64,000 bases of DNA from an uncultured Alphaproteobacteria bacterium. Lineage in GTDB: Bacteria > Pseudomonadota > Alphaproteobacteria > Rs-D84. The position numbers and the translations under genes were made by a program. Position 1 is the first letter of the stretch. Each line of letters begins with the position of its first letter. The stretch covers positions 162,635 through 226,634 of the forward strand of contig CAJOGD010000001.1 of NCBI GenBank assembly GCA_905233975.1, written 5' to 3'. The notes beneath the pieces are model-generated. The model was given only the letters and a program-made list of their open reading frames with translations, was not told the DNA's origin and searched no databases. Shown piece after piece: positions 1 through 10,674 of the stretch.

Positions 1-313
1 CGGCTATTGCAACATCACAATCTGTTTCCCGCGCAAGTGCCGCATCAAGTTTTTTTCGCAATTCGGCATTTTCTTCTTCCAAAATGGATACCCGGTGAAT
101 ACGTTTTATTATCTTGCCGCCCGCGCGAAAAGGCCATGTCACCGCATCACCAATGGAATGAAACACCGGAAAAATCACATGGGCAACACCATTTGCAACC
201 CGAAAATCGGGCTTTGCCACAATAATATATATTGTTATCGCAACAACCAAAGCGCCAAAGGTTATGGCTTTCATTACGGTGCGCGCTCTGGAAGATGTCT
301 TTTTAGAACTCAT
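1..313 (-). CDS. Partial CDS (N-terminal ~104 aa, continues past the window start). Predicted membrane-anchored protein with a coiled-coil region; the N-terminus resembles MreC or a septum-formation protein.
   Basis: Reverse-strand translation from the ATG at 313 is open to position 1 (MSSKKTSSRARTVMKAITFGALVVAITIYIIV...LEEENAELRKKLDAALARE). It shows a TM helix followed by a coiled coil. There is no strong SD. Confidence 0.3.
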   Translation of the reverse strand, partial: MSSKKTSSRARTVMKAITFGALVVAITIYIIVAKPDFRVANGVAHVIFPVFHSIGDAVTWPFRAGGKIIKRIHRVSILEEENAELRKKLDAALARETDCDVAIA

Positions 314-452
314 GTCATGCGCAGTTTAAACACAAAAAAATTATTATTCAATAAAAACTTGATTTTTGCAGAAATTATGTCATAATCGCGTGGCAAACGG
401 TCCGAAATGGCAAAGGCATTGCCATCAGGATATAATAACAAAAGAGGTAAAA

Positions 453-656
453 ATGCCAAAATTAAAAACAAAATCTTACATGAAAAAACGTGCAAGACTG
501 ACCGCAACCGGTAAAATCAACGTTCGCCGGAATGCCCACAAGAAACTTCTGCGTAAAAAATCCGCGCGCGCAAATAACGCGGGGACCAAGCCGCAGTATT
601 TAAATGATAACATGGTGGCCCAGGCTAAAATCTTGGCACCGTATGGTTTGAAATAA
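453..656 (+). CDS. rpmI: 50S ribosomal protein L35
   Basis: MPKLKTKSYMKKRARLTATGKINVRRNAHKK is a typical L35 sequence. SD 'aaagagg' lies upstream. The internal start of the 366..656 ORF was chosen. Confidence 0.85.
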   Translation: MPKLKTKSYMKKRARLTATGKINVRRNAHKKLLRKKSARANNAGTKPQYLNDNMVAQAKILAPYGLK

Positions 657-668
657 AAGGGGGCAAAG

Positions 669-1034
669 ATGGCAAGGGTAAAACGTGGAACAACGGTTCG
701 TCAAAAACACAATAAAATTTTAGAGCGGGCAAAGGGATTCCTGGGCCGGCACAGCAGCACGTATCGTGCCGCACGTGAAAAATCTGAAAAGGCGGGTCAA
801 TATGCATATCGCGACCGTCGCGTCAAAAAACGTGATTTTCGGTCACTGTGGATTGTTCGTATCAATGCCGCGGTGCGTCCGGCCGGTATTACATACAGCC
901 AATTCATGAACGGCTTGCACAAGGCCGGAATTGAACTTGACCGCAAGGTCTTGGCGGAAATGGCATATGTTGGTGATGCGAATTTCGCAAAACTGATTGA
1001 AACCGCAAAACGATTTATTGCCGGGGATAAATAA
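669..1034 (+). CDS. rplT: 50S ribosomal protein L20
   Basis: [24 protein letters not shown]... is the L20 signature. It lies immediately downstream of rpmI. Confidence 0.9.
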   Translation: MARVKRGTTVRQKHNKILERAKGFLGRHSSTYRAAREKSEKAGQYAYRDRRVKKRDFRSLWIVRINAAVRPAGITYSQFMNGLHKAGIELDRKVLAEMAYVGDANFAKLIETAKRFIAGDK

Positions 1035-1114
1035 AACCCTTGGCGGCGAATTGTTTTTTGTTTAAAATTATGGGGCCGCGACCGCGACCCCGTATTTATT
1101 AAAAAGGTAAAATT

Positions 1115-2071
1115 ATGACAAAGGAAGAAATAAAAAATACAAAGACACTGGCCGAATTACAGGAATTATATACGTCTGTATTCGGTAAAAACGGCACAAT
1201 GACCGCGCGATTAAAAGAAATGAAAAATTTGGATAATGACGCGCGTGCAAAGTTAAATCTTGAAAATACCGAATTGCGCGAATTGTTTAAATCGCGCCAG
1301 GCGGAAATTGAAACGGCGGAATTGAACGCCGCCCTTGCCGGCCAGCGGTTAGATGTGACGCTTGATGCCGAACCGGAAAATCGTGGGACATTGCACCCCG
1401 TAAGTCGGTCTTTCAAAGAAGCAATCAGAATTTTCGAATCTTTGGGATATACCCTTATGACCGGGCCCGAAATCGAAGACGATTGGCATAATTTTACCGC
1501 ACTTAATACACCCGCGCACCACCCCGCGCGCGATATGCAAGACACGTTCTTTTTGCCGAACGGCAATGTTATGCGCACACAAACATCGGCGATTCAAATT
1601 CGTGCGATGGAAAAACTTGGCGCGCCACTTAAAATATTTGCCATTGGTAATTGTTATCGCAAAGAACTTGACGCAACGCATTCTGCGATGTTTGATCAAC
1701 TTGAAGGTTTGCATGTTGATACTATTGAAAAAAATATCAACTTGTCGGATTTGTTGGGGACAATGCGTGTTTTTGCATCAAAGTTTTTTGAACGCGATGA
1801 TGTGGAATTGCGAATCCGTCCGTCTTACTTTCCGTTTACAGACCCATCAATCGAAGTAGATATGAAATGGGGCGACAAATGGCTTGAATTGCTGTGTGGT
1901 GGCATGGTCCATCCAAATGTCTTGCGCAATTGCGGCATTGACCCCGATAAATACCAAGGTTTTGCGTTCGGCTTTGGTTGGGACAGATTGGTAATGTTAA
2001 AATATGGACTGGGTGATATTCGTGCCTTTACGGATAGTGACGTTCGTTGGCTTAAAACATGTGGTTTCTAA
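1115..2071 (+). CDS. pheS: Phenylalanine--tRNA ligase alpha subunit
   Basis: Class II aaRS motifs are present (FPFTDPSIEVD, GFAFGFGWDRL). It follows rplT as in the canonical operon. Confidence 0.9.
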   Translation: MTKEEIKNTKTLAELQELYTSVFGKNGTMTARLKEMKNLDNDARAKLNLENTELRELFKSRQAEIETAELNAALAGQRLDVTLDAEPENRGTLHPVSRSFKEAIRIFESLGYTLMTGPEIEDDWHNFTALNTPAHHPARDMQDTFFLPNGNVMRTQTSAIQIRAMEKLGAPLKIFAIGNCYRKELDATHSAMFDQLEGLHVDTIEKNINLSDLLGTMRVFASKFFERDDVELRIRPSYFPFTDPSIEVDMKWGDKWLELLCGGMVHPNVLRNCGIDPDKYQGFAFGFGWDRLVMLKYGLGDIRAFTDSDVRWLKTCGF

Positions 2072-2087
2072 TAAAAAGGTGTGAAAG

Positions 2088-4394
2088 ATGAAATGGACAT
2101 TTGATTGGTTAAAAGATTATTTGAAAACAGATTTATCCGCCGCGGAAATTGCGGATAAACTAACGCACATTGGGTTAGAGGTCGAAGATTTATCTGCGCC
2201 GGTGCCCCCGATCGCGGCAAAAATCGTTGAATGCCGGCCCCATGAAAACAGCGACCACCTGCATGTTTTAAAGGTCGATGACGGCGGCGCCGATTTGCGC
2301 CAGGTTGTATGCGGTGCCCCCAACGTTCGTGTTGGCATGATTTCTGCGCTTGCGCGGCCGGGTTGCGTTATCCAAGGGCACGAAATACAAAGTGGCAAAC
2401 TGCGTGGCGTTGTTTCCGACGGTATGATGTGCAGTGGTGAAGAATTGGGCATAAATGACGACGACACCGGCATTATTGAATTGCCCGATGACACACAAAT
2501 AGGCACGCCCGTTGTCGATTGCCCAACGGTCTTTGACGCGGGTATCACACCGAACAGACCGGATTATTTGGCGGTGCGTGGTGTTGCACGTGATTTGTCG
2601 GCGGCGGGCGCGGGCGAATATATTGAACCGAACGATGACAAATTCATGGTATCTGGCGCGGTGCGCGGTGTAAAACTAAATACAGATAAATGTCGCGCGT
2701 ATAAACTTGCGGAAATTCATGACATAAAAATGGCGCCAAGTTCGGCAAAAATCGCGTCGCGTCTGCACGCAATCGGCATAAACCCAAAGAACGCGCCAAT
2801 CGACGCAACAAATTATATTTGCTATGACATGGCGCAACCGATGCACTGTTTTGACGCGGACGAAATCGTTGGCGATATTACTGTGCGCATGGCGAACAAT
2901 GGCGAAGAATTTACCGACCTGTTCGGAAATAAACATGAACTAAAAGAAAACGATATTGTTGTTGCCGATGACGCGGGTGTTCTTGCGCTGGCCGGTGTGG
3001 TTGGTGGCGCGCGCGGTATGACAAGTGATAACACAAAAAATATCATACTGGAAAGTGCGTATTTTGATCCGGTGTGCATTCGTAAAACATCAAAGCGTCT
3101 TGGTATATCAACCGATGCTTCGTATCGCTATGAACGCGGAATTGACCCAACAATAACCGGACGGGCATTAATGGCGACCGTAAAGATTATTACCGACGCG
3201 TGTGGTGGTAAAATCGCTGGCTTTGCGGCGGCGGGAACGGACGCACCGATAAATCCGGAAATCGAATTTTCACCGGCGGTTTTTGTGCAAAAAACGGGTG
3301 TTGAAATGCCGGCGGACGAGATGAAGACTATTTTAACAAAACTTGGCTATACGGGGGATTTCGGCGGTGTGCCATGGAAAGTGACCGCGCCAAGTATGCG
3401 CGTTGATGTCCAAATTCCGGAAACGATTGTCGCGGATTTAATTCGTATCTATGGATATGACAAGGTCGGTTTGAATTATACGCCTGAAAAAATAGTTCCG
3501 GCGGAACATAACGATTTGGATATTCCGTTAAAAGAAAAATTGGCGGCCCGCGGATTGAACGAGGCGATTACTTTCGGTTTTGGCAATTCCGAAATTGAAA
3601 AGATTTTGACCGATAAACCAAGTATCATGGTTGCAAATCCGATTGTCGTGGATATGGATACGGCGCGCAACGGATTGCTTGGGAATCTTTTGGTTGCCGT
3701 CGCGAACAATGAAAAGCGCGGATATCCCGATTTGAATCTATTTGAAATGGGAACGGTGTTTGATGGCGACATGCCCGGCGAACAGCATACCGAAATCACA
3801 ATTGTTCGCACCGGCGCAACATCGCCGAAACATTGGCAGAAACGCAACCGCGACGTCGATATATATGATGTTAAGGCGGATATTGTTTCGCTGTTAAACG
3901 GCCAGAATTTTACAATATCAACGGAAAATCCGCCGCTTTGGGCGCACCCGTATCGCTATGGTGCGATTACCCAGGGTAATAAAAAACTTGGCGAATTTGG
4001 CGAATTGCATCCGTCGGTTGCGCGTAAATTAAAGATAAAAACCAAGGTGGTTATCGGCATCGTTGGCAATATAAATAACCTGCCCCGTCGGGTTTTGCCA
4101 CGTGGCCCAATCGCGATGAGTGATTTTCAACCAATAACGCGCGACTTTGCATTCGTTGTGCCGTCTGATTTTCCGGCGGACCGGTTGGTTGCGGCGGCGC
4201 GCTATGCCACGAATCCGATATCGGGTGCGGTTGTGTTCGATTCGTTTGAAATGGGTGATGGTAAAAAGTCCGTTGCGTTCACGATTACGTTCACGCCACG
4301 CGAAAAAATGTCGGAATCCGACTTGGCAAAACTGCATGCCGATATAATCGCGGCGGTTGAAAAGAAATGCCCCGCGCACGTTCGGGACAAGTAA
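2088..4394 (+). CDS. pheT: Phenylalanine--tRNA ligase beta subunit
   Basis: The 768-aa product has a tRNA-binding N-terminal domain followed by B3/4 and FDX-ACB-like regions. It lies immediately after pheS. Confidence 0.9.
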   Translation: MKWTFDWLKDYLKTDLSAAEIADKLTHIGLEVEDLSAPVPPIAAKIVECRPHENSDHLHVLKVDDGGADLRQVVCGAPNVRVGMISALARPGCVIQGHEIQSGKLRGVVSDGMMCSGEELGINDDDTGIIELPDDTQIGTPVVDCPTVFDAGITPNRPDYLAVRGVARDLSAAGAGEYIEPNDDKFMVSGAVRGVKLNTDKCRAYKLAEIHDIKMAPSSAKIASRLHAIGINPKNAPIDATNYICYDMAQPMHCFDADEIVGDITVRMANNGEEFTDLFGNKHELKENDIVVADDAGVLALAGVVGGARGMTSDNTKNIILESAYFDPVCIRKTSKRLGISTDASYRYERGIDPTITGRALMATVKIITDACGGKIAGFAAAGTDAPINPEIEFSPAVFVQKTGVEMPADEMKTILTKLGYTGDFGGVPWKVTAPSMRVDVQIPETIVADLIRIYGYDKVGLNYTPEKIVPAEHNDLDIPLKEKLAARGLNEAITFGFGNSEIEKILTDKPSIMVANPIVVDMDTARNGLLGNLLVAVANNEKRGYPDLNLFEMGTVFDGDMPGEQHTEITIVRTGATSPKHWQKRNRDVDIYDVKADIVSLLNGQNFTISTENPPLWAHPYRYGAITQGNKKLGEFGELHPSVARKLKIKTKVVIGIVGNINNLPRRVLPRGPIAMSDFQPITRDFAFVVPSDFPADRLVAAARYATNPISGAVVFDSFEMGDGKKSVAFTITFTPREKMSESDLAKLHADIIAAVEKKCPAHVRDK

Positions 4395-4420
4395 AGTCGA
4401 CGTTTTTGAATGTTTTTATC

Positions 4421-4447
4421 GTTTGGGCCGGCATTGCCGGCCTTTTT
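4421..4447 (+). terminator. Rho-independent terminator after pheT
   Basis: Hairpin gggccggcattgccggcc followed by tttttt. Confidence 0.6.
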
Positions 4448-4581
4448 TGCAAAAAATGTTAAAAACCCCGGGAAATATACCCACCGGACCCCATTTTCCT
4501 TGTTAGAAAAAGGTTGGAAAAATGCCTTGACGTTTTTTTTTTTTGTTTAAGGTGTGCGTGTGAAACAAAAGGAGAAACCAC

Positions 4582-5979
4582 ATGGACACAAAAGACATTA
4601 TAACGGTTACACCGATTGCCGAAACAAATGTTCCCCCAACGATACTTGGAAAACACGCGGCGCGCACATGTTATTCGGCCGACGTTCCGGAATTGGACGC
4701 AGATGTTAATGAAAAAAACACATCGTTTGTTAAAAATACTTTGTTTAACACCGGACACCACACAACATTGGAACATAATTATTTCACATTTAATATCGAA
4801 GGTATCCCGGTGTCCAGTCTTGTTTTTGGACTTCATCTGACCGCGCCGTTTTATGATACAGACCAACGTTCCGGGCGTTTTTCCAAAATGTATGAAAATG
4901 CCAACACGAAAGAAATAAAGCGTATGTTGGAAACATATTATCCAAATGTTTCACCGTATAATATAGACCAGGCGTGCAGTTGGATTGCCCAGGGTTTAAA
5001 TCTGTATGCGGATAACAATGCGCGCATAACCGAACTTGCACGTGATGCGATACATCGCGAACGGCCAAACGCAAATGATGAATATGTTGAAAAACAGGCA
5101 CCGAAATTGGCCCAAGAACAATTACGCATGTTTATATCAATGATTGCACCAACGGCACTTGATTGGACGGCGGACCTTGTGACAATCGCGGCGCTTTATC
5201 GGACGGCATGGACACCGTTTATGCGTGATACCATGGATAAAATCGCAAATGGAATAACGGAAAAGCACCCTGATATTTCGTATATATTTGATGTGGAAAG
5301 AAATAACAATGATTGGAACCCGAAATTTCCAGAAGATTATGCCGGTGTAAAAACAAAGCCGGGCTTTGAATTGCTGGATTACAAATACGATGACAAAGCC
5401 TTTGTTTCTGATAATTCGCGCGATATGGTTGATACATTACAGTTTCGACCGGAAACCATGAATAATTCAATGGGCTATGTGCATTCGCGCATTCATGTTG
5501 ATGCGGGTGCAACAATGGGACAAGACCAACGCCACCGCAGTATCAGACGTTCGGAACCAGTGTTCACAGGATATTTCTATTTGCCACCATTGTTGAATGC
5601 GGCGGGGTTGAAAGATTCTGCGGATAAATTTATGCGTGATTACTATAATATATTGTCAAATCCAACGGTTCCGCGGGGTATGATGATGTCTATTGCGCCA
5701 TACGGTGCGATGGTGCAATATGAAAAACGTGCGGATTTAAACGCGCTGATGCATGAACAGGGTAAACGTACATGTTGGTGCGCCCAAGAAGCAATATATC
5801 ATATTTCGTGCGATTTGCGGCGCGATTTGGGACAATATATCGGCCAAAACGCACAACTTATGCAGTATATGACGCCGCCATGTTTGTCACGCGGGCATTG
5901 CCCCGAAGGCGCGCGCTGTTGCGGACGCAGTATCGTCGATGCTAAGCTCAAGGGCTTTTTTACCGAAAGACAAATATAA
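4582..5979 (+). CDS. Flavin-dependent thymidylate synthase ThyX-like protein (divergent, duplicated or two-lobed, 465 aa)
   Basis: GHHTTLEH resembles the ThyX GHE(S/T)PFEH motif, and QRSGRFSKMY resembles SGRYS. The second half carries RHRSIRRS, which is ThyX-motif-like. SD 'aaaaggagaaacca' precedes the ATG. Confidence 0.4.
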   Translation: MDTKDIITVTPIAETNVPPTILGKHAARTCYSADVPELDADVNEKNTSFVKNTLFNTGHHTTLEHNYFTFNIEGIPVSSLVFGLHLTAPFYDTDQRSGRFSKMYENANTKEIKRMLETYYPNVSPYNIDQACSWIAQGLNLYADNNARITELARDAIHRERPNANDEYVEKQAPKLAQEQLRMFISMIAPTALDWTADLVTIAALYRTAWTPFMRDTMDKIANGITEKHPDISYIFDVERNNNDWNPKFPEDYAGVKTKPGFELLDYKYDDKAFVSDNSRDMVDTLQFRPETMNNSMGYVHSRIHVDAGATMGQDQRHRSIRRSEPVFTGYFYLPPLLNAAGLKDSADKFMRDYYNILSNPTVPRGMMMSIAPYGAMVQYEKRADLNALMHEQGKRTCWCAQEAIYHISCDLRRDLGQYIGQNAQLMQYMTPPCLSRGHCPEGARCCGRSIVDAKLKGFFTERQI

Positions 5980-5981
5980 AT

Positions 5982-6383
5982 ATGAAAAAAGCAACAGATT
6001 TTCATACGAAACGTCGGGCGTTTATAATAATGCCCGATGTTGGATTATTGGTTGCGCCACAACAAATTGATATATCGCACGAACAGATGTTAAAAAACAT
6101 CGGTCTGAATGCGTCTGATGTTATAAAATTCTTGTCTTTAAATCCGCGCGGTTATTTTATGAATGGCGAACTTTGCGTCTATATGGGATACGATATGACG
6201 CCAGGTGCGAAATGGGAACTGACCGCGGCCGGCAAAAAAACAGTGCAAACATACATCGCAGATTTGCGCGCGGTGTTTAACATGAACGATGAAACGCCTG
6301 TTTATACCGGTGTTATCGTTGGGCAAATTGGCGCAGTGTGGCAAAAAATCAACCAAACAAAATTAAAATCGTGGGAAATATAA
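5982..6383 (+). CDS. Hypothetical protein (133 aa)
   Basis: The ORF lies 3 nt after the thyX-like stop and is probably co-transcribed. No recognisable motifs. Confidence 0.4.
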   Translation: MKKATDFHTKRRAFIIMPDVGLLVAPQQIDISHEQMLKNIGLNASDVIKFLSLNPRGYFMNGELCVYMGYDMTPGAKWELTAAGKKTVQTYIADLRAVFNMNDETPVYTGVIVGQIGAVWQKINQTKLKSWEI

Positions 6384-6447
6384 TCACAAAAATATTGTTT
6401 TCAAAAAAAATCAGAACTGATTATACTTATCTAACAAAGGAGAGAAT

Positions 6448-6894
6448 ATGAAAGCAATATTGGTTGAATCTTCTAACGGTTATATGGCCAAAAATGCAAC
6501 CGACCCTGTGGATTGGTCGCCATCACTGGACAAGAAAATATTCAACATGCTAACCACCGTTGGCGGTGTGTGCGTTTGTTCAAAATATACCTATGGGGTG
6601 TTGCCGCAAAAAATGTTAAATGACCCGGCGCGCCAATTTATTATTGCGGAAAGGACGGGCGATAAATCGTTGCAATCCCTAAATGTTATATATCCAAATG
6701 CATATTTAATCGGGGGGCCAACATTTTTAAAGGCGGCCTATGATGCGGGCGTGGTTGACATGATAATAATCAACACCATGCAAACACCGATTGAATCAAC
6801 GGACAGATATAAAAACCCGTTCCATGGAAACTTGCCGCAACCGATAAAAGAAATTCGCTTTGATGAATTGACGGTTCGGATTTATAAAATATAA
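6448..6894 (+). CDS. Dihydrofolate reductase-like protein (DHFR / RibD-C fold)
   Basis: Pattern match to DHFR: (N-terminal hydrophobic strand)...W..P.....F...T.G.....G..T......LP.R..I..S...LIGGP..LKAAY. SD 'aaaggagag' lies upstream. Confidence 0.45.
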   Translation: MKAILVESSNGYMAKNATDPVDWSPSLDKKIFNMLTTVGGVCVCSKYTYGVLPQKMLNDPARQFIIAERTGDKSLQSLNVIYPNAYLIGGPTFLKAAYDAGVVDMIIINTMQTPIESTDRYKNPFHGNLPQPIKEIRFDELTVRIYKI

Positions 6895-6961
6895 CACGTA
6901 AAAATAAACGCGGAAAACACTTGAAAAATGAAATATTGTCATGTAAAGTATATGTCACGAT

Positions 6962-7037
6962 GCCGGTGTAGCTCAGTTGGTAGAGCATCTCATTCGTAAT
7001 GAGGGGGTCGTAGGTTCAAGTCCTATCACCGGCACCA
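6962..7037 (+). tRNA. tRNA-Thr (anticodon CGT)
   Basis: Cloverleaf: acceptor GCCGGTG/CACCGGC, D-arm GCTC..GAGC, anticodon loop TTCGTAA, T-loop GGTTCAAGTCC, 3' CCA. Confidence 0.85.
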
Positions 7038-7047
7038 CAAATTTTCG

Positions 7048-7078
7048 TTAATAAAAAATCGCCATTCGGCGAATTTTT
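7048..7078 (+). terminator. Rho-independent terminator after tRNA-Thr
   Basis: Hairpin aatcgccattcggcgatt followed by ttttatt. Confidence 0.55.
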
Positions 7079-7129
7079 TATTTAAGAAAATTTAGCGAAG
7101 TCGCGGCGGAACGCAGTGGAGACGGGCAA

Positions 7130-7420
7130 CTATCTTTTTTTATGAAACTTTTGTCGCCGGACAGTCTGCATACATTCAACGAACTTCAATCCCTTGTTGT
7201 AAAGGTGCATCGGCAAATAACTAACATAACTATCACAAAATATCGTTAGGTTCTTATCCAGTGCTTTGCCAAATGGTTCCGGTTTCCTGTCTTGCCTTTT
7301 ATCGGTATGCCTTTCATGAACGACATATAACGACACCAAAAACGGTGCAAGAACAAGAACGGCCGGCTTTAAACAATAGCCTGTAATAAACAATGCCCTT
7401 GGCAATATATCGCGTTTCAT
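7130..7420 (-). CDS. Hypothetical small membrane protein (96 aa)
   Basis: The ORF has a hydrophobic segment. No similarity recognised. Confidence 0.25.
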   Translation of the reverse strand: MKRDILPRALFITGYCLKPAVLVLAPFLVSLYVVHERHTDKRQDRKPEPFGKALDKNLTIFCDSYVSYLPMHLYNKGLKFVECMQTVRRQKFHKKR

Positions 7421-7626
7421 ACATTAAACCTTTCGTTCTATTTTATATCAAATACGCACATTGTCAAAAAAATACTTGAAATATTGTTTTTTGTATAATA
7501 AACTATCGCGCATGATGAACAAAGAAACAATCATTATTATAAGATAAACAGGCTATGCGCTTTGGCGATGGCCCGGGCGCAGGTGCGCCCGTTTTTTTAT
7601 GATAATCGCAAACAGGAGCAAATAAA

Positions 7627-10600
7627 ATGGCATACCCAAAAACAGATACAAAAGTCGATTTTCCAAAGCTGGAACATGAAATAATGGAATTTTGGCGCGG
7701 CGATGATACTTTTCATAAAAGTCTGAATAAAACCAAAATGGGGCACCCTTTCACATTCTATGACGGGCCACCGTTTGCCAATGGTTTGCCACATTGGGGG
7801 CACCTTGGGGTTTCCGCGGTCAAAGATATGGTTGCGCGCTTTCAAACAATGAATGGAAAATATGTAGAACGTGCGTTGGGATGGGATTGCCATGGGTTGC
7901 CGGCAGAGGCGTCGGTTGAAAAAAAACAACATCGCACCGCCAAAGATATTGTTGCAAGCGACGGAATTGCGGCGTTTTGTGATTTGTGTCGCACCGATGT
8001 TATGACATATTCAAACGAATGGTTGCGGTTTATTGAACGTGTTGGACGTTGGGTTGATGGTGGCGATGAATACGGATATCGCACAATGGATAAAAACTTT
8101 ATGGAATCTGTGATATGGGCAATGAAAGCATTGTATGAAAAAGGATTGCTCTATAAAGATTTCAAAGTGAATCCGTATGATTGGAAATTGGGAACGGTGT
8201 TATCAAATTCCGAGGCGTCGTCTGAATATCAAGATATTGTAGATGATACTGTGACCGTTTGGTTCGAACTTGAAAATGGCGATCGTGCTATGGCATGGAC
8301 AACAACGCCATGGACGCTGCCTGCGAATTCGGCTTTGGCGGTTAATAATAACATGAAATATGTTCGTATGAAACATAACGATGGTCATGTTTATATCTTG
8401 GCGGAATCGAGACTTTCGGCATATGACAAGATATTTGCAACTTCCGAAAACCTTGGGACGGTTATGGGGGCCGACCTGGTCGGATTGCATTATAAACCGA
8501 TTTTCCCATACTATATGGATTTGGCAAAAGACGGTCATGGCCTGTACACCGTAATTTCCGGCGATTATGTGTCAGACAGTGACGGAACCGGTATTGTGCA
8601 TATCGCGCCGGCGTATGGTGAAGACGACTATATCGTGGCCAAGGCGATCGACCCGCAATTTCCGGTTATATTAAATGTTGATGATTTCGGCAACTTTGAT
8701 AATACGGTGACAGATTGGGCGGGTGAAAATATATTCGTTGCCAATCCAAAGGTTATCGATTGGTTGCGTTCGAATGGAATCCTGGTTAAAAAAGACCAGC
8801 ATAAACACAGTTATCCGTTCGGCCCGCGCAGTAAAGAAAAACTTATATATCGCGCAACGGACGCATGGTATGTTGATGTGCCAAAGATTCGTGAGCGTTT
8901 AATTGAAATAACCAAGAACGATACAACATGGACATCGGCGGGCAATCGATTCCTTTCGTGGATCGAAAACGCGCGCCCGTGGGGAATTTCGCGCAACCGT
9001 TTCTGGGGTGTGCCATTACCAATCTGGGAACGTGACGGCGAATATAAAATCTTTGGTTCAATCGCAGAAATGGAAGAATTCTTTGGTGTAAAAATCGAAG
9101 ACCTGCATCGTCCAACACTGGATGCATTGACCAAGGACGGGTGGAAACGCATACCAGATGTTTTGGATTGTTGGTTTGAATCGGGTTCTATGCCGTTTGC
9201 GGCACTGCACTATCCGTTTGAAAACAAAGATCTGTTCGAAAAAACTTTCCCGGCGGATTATATTATCGAAGGCCAAGATCAAACACGTGGTTGGTTTTAT
9301 CATTTGATGATAATGGCGGTTGCACTGTTTGATAAACCGGCGTTTCGTGTTGTTTCGGCAAATGGTATGGTTGTTGATGAAAACAAAAGAAAGTTTTCAA
9401 AATCGCTTGGCAATTTTGTAAATCCGGCTGAACAACTTGAAACATACGGCGCGGACGCGGTTCGTTTGTTTATATTGGGCAGTAATTTTATGAAGGCCGA
9501 ACCCGTACCGGTTGATAAAGAAGGCAAGGTTTTCGCCGAACCGATAAAGACGATTTTAACACCGCTTTGGAACGCCTATCATTTCTTTACGCTTTATGCA
9601 AACCCGGCGAACATAACCGCGCGCGACGTATGGGATACTCCCGCACGAAATGTTCTGGATAAATATATCTTGTCGGAAACAAGTGTGTTGGTTGATACGG
9701 TTGGCAACGCTTTGAACGAATATAAACCTGATATCGCGGTCAAAGAATTTGTTCGATTCTTGGATGTTTTGAACAATTGGTATATCCGTCGGTCACGCAC
9801 ACGTTTCTGGGACGAAGACACAACGGCGTTTAATACGCTCTATACGGTGCTTTGTATCGTATGTCGCTGTTTGGCACCGTTTGCGCCGTTTATATCGGAA
9901 TACATCTACAAGAATTTAACTGGCGATGAATCTGTGCATTTGACCGATTGGCCGGTGGCAAATTCTGTGGATATGAAAATCGTCGCCGATATGCGCCGCG
10001 TCCAAGAAATTGTTTCGGTCGGAAAGCAATTGCGCGAACGGTACAAAGTTCACAATCGTTTGCCACTGAATAAATTGACGGTTGCGGGCGGTGCGCCAAT
10101 GACCGAATACACAAACATCATACGTGATGAATTGAATGTAAAGTCGGTCGAATGGGTTGACAACACGTCAAAGGTCGCGGACAGTTTCATATACCTGATC
10201 ACGCCGAAAATCGGTGCGCGCCTTGGTGGGGCACTGCGTGAAATTGCGCCGGCCGTAAAACGTGGCGACTATGAATTGTCGGGTGATAAATTGGTTGTGG
10301 GCGAATATACGTTGAACGCGGACGAATTCGAAAACCGTTTGAATATTCGCGATGGTATAACCGGCATGCCGTTGCCGGATAATACCGCGGTTGTCATTTT
10401 GGATACAGAATTAAATTCCGAACTGATTGCCGAAGGTTTGGCGAACGACGCACTGCGCTTTATCCAAGACACGCGCAAGGCATTGGGACTCGATGTTTCC
10501 GACCGGATAAATCTTACCTATACGGCGGATTTGGCGTTGTCCGGGGCATTGGAACAACATAAAAAGATGATAATGTCCAATGCACTGGTTCGTGAAATGT

Positions 10601-10671
10601 CGCCGGGTGCGGCTGAACACTTTACGGAAATCGAAGGGTACAACTTTGGAATCTCTATACAAAAGGCGTAA
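7627..10671 (+). CDS. ileS: Isoleucine--tRNA ligase, type 2 (eukaryote-like)
   Basis: FPKLEHEIMEFW...FTFYDGPPFANGLPHWGHL is the type-2 IleRS N-terminus. The KMSKS-region sequence KFSKS is present. 1014 aa. Confidence 0.9.
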   Translation: MAYPKTDTKVDFPKLEHEIMEFWRGDDTFHKSLNKTKMGHPFTFYDGPPFANGLPHWGHLGVSAVKDMVARFQTMNGKYVERALGWDCHGLPAEASVEKKQHRTAKDIVASDGIAAFCDLCRTDVMTYSNEWLRFIERVGRWVDGGDEYGYRTMDKNFMESVIWAMKALYEKGLLYKDFKVNPYDWKLGTVLSNSEASSEYQDIVDDTVTVWFELENGDRAMAWTTTPWTLPANSALAVNNNMKYVRMKHNDGHVYILAESRLSAYDKIFATSENLGTVMGADLVGLHYKPIFPYYMDLAKDGHGLYTVISGDYVSDSDGTGIVHIAPAYGEDDYIVAKAIDPQFPVILNVDDFGNFDNTVTDWAGENIFVANPKVIDWLRSNGILVKKDQHKHSYPFGPRSKEKLIYRATDAWYVDVPKIRERLIEITKNDTTWTSAGNRFLSWIENARPWGISRNRFWGVPLPIWERDGEYKIFGSIAEMEEFFGVKIEDLHRPTLDALTKDGWKRIPDVLDCWFESGSMPFAALHYPFENKDLFEKTFPADYIIEGQDQTRGWFYHLMIMAVALFDKPAFRVVSANGMVVDENKRKFSKSLGNFVNPAEQLETYGADAVRLFILGSNFMKAEPVPVDKEGKVFAEPIKTILTPLWNAYHFFTLYANPANITARDVWDTPARNVLDKYILSETSVLVDTVGNALNEYKPDIAVKEFVRFLDVLNNWYIRRSRTRFWDEDTTAFNTLYTVLCIVCRCLAPFAPFISEYIYKNLTGDESVHLTDWPVANSVDMKIVADMRRVQEIVSVGKQLRERYKVHNRLPLNKLTVAGGAPMTEYTNIIRDELNVKSVEWVDNTSKVADSFIYLITPKIGARLGGALREIAPAVKRGDYELSGDKLVVGEYTLNADEFENRLNIRDGITGMPLPDNTAVVILDTELNSELIAEGLANDALRFIQDTRKALGLDVSDRINLTYTADLALSGALEQHKKMIMSNALVREMSPGAAEHFTEIEGYNFGISIQKA

Positions 10672-10674
10672 AAA

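Noticed and set aside
7-385. Plus-strand ORFs 7..225 and 95..385
   Set aside because: A longer reverse-strand frame, open to the window edge and carrying TM and coiled-coil features, is a better explanation. The plus ORFs have odd composition and no SD.
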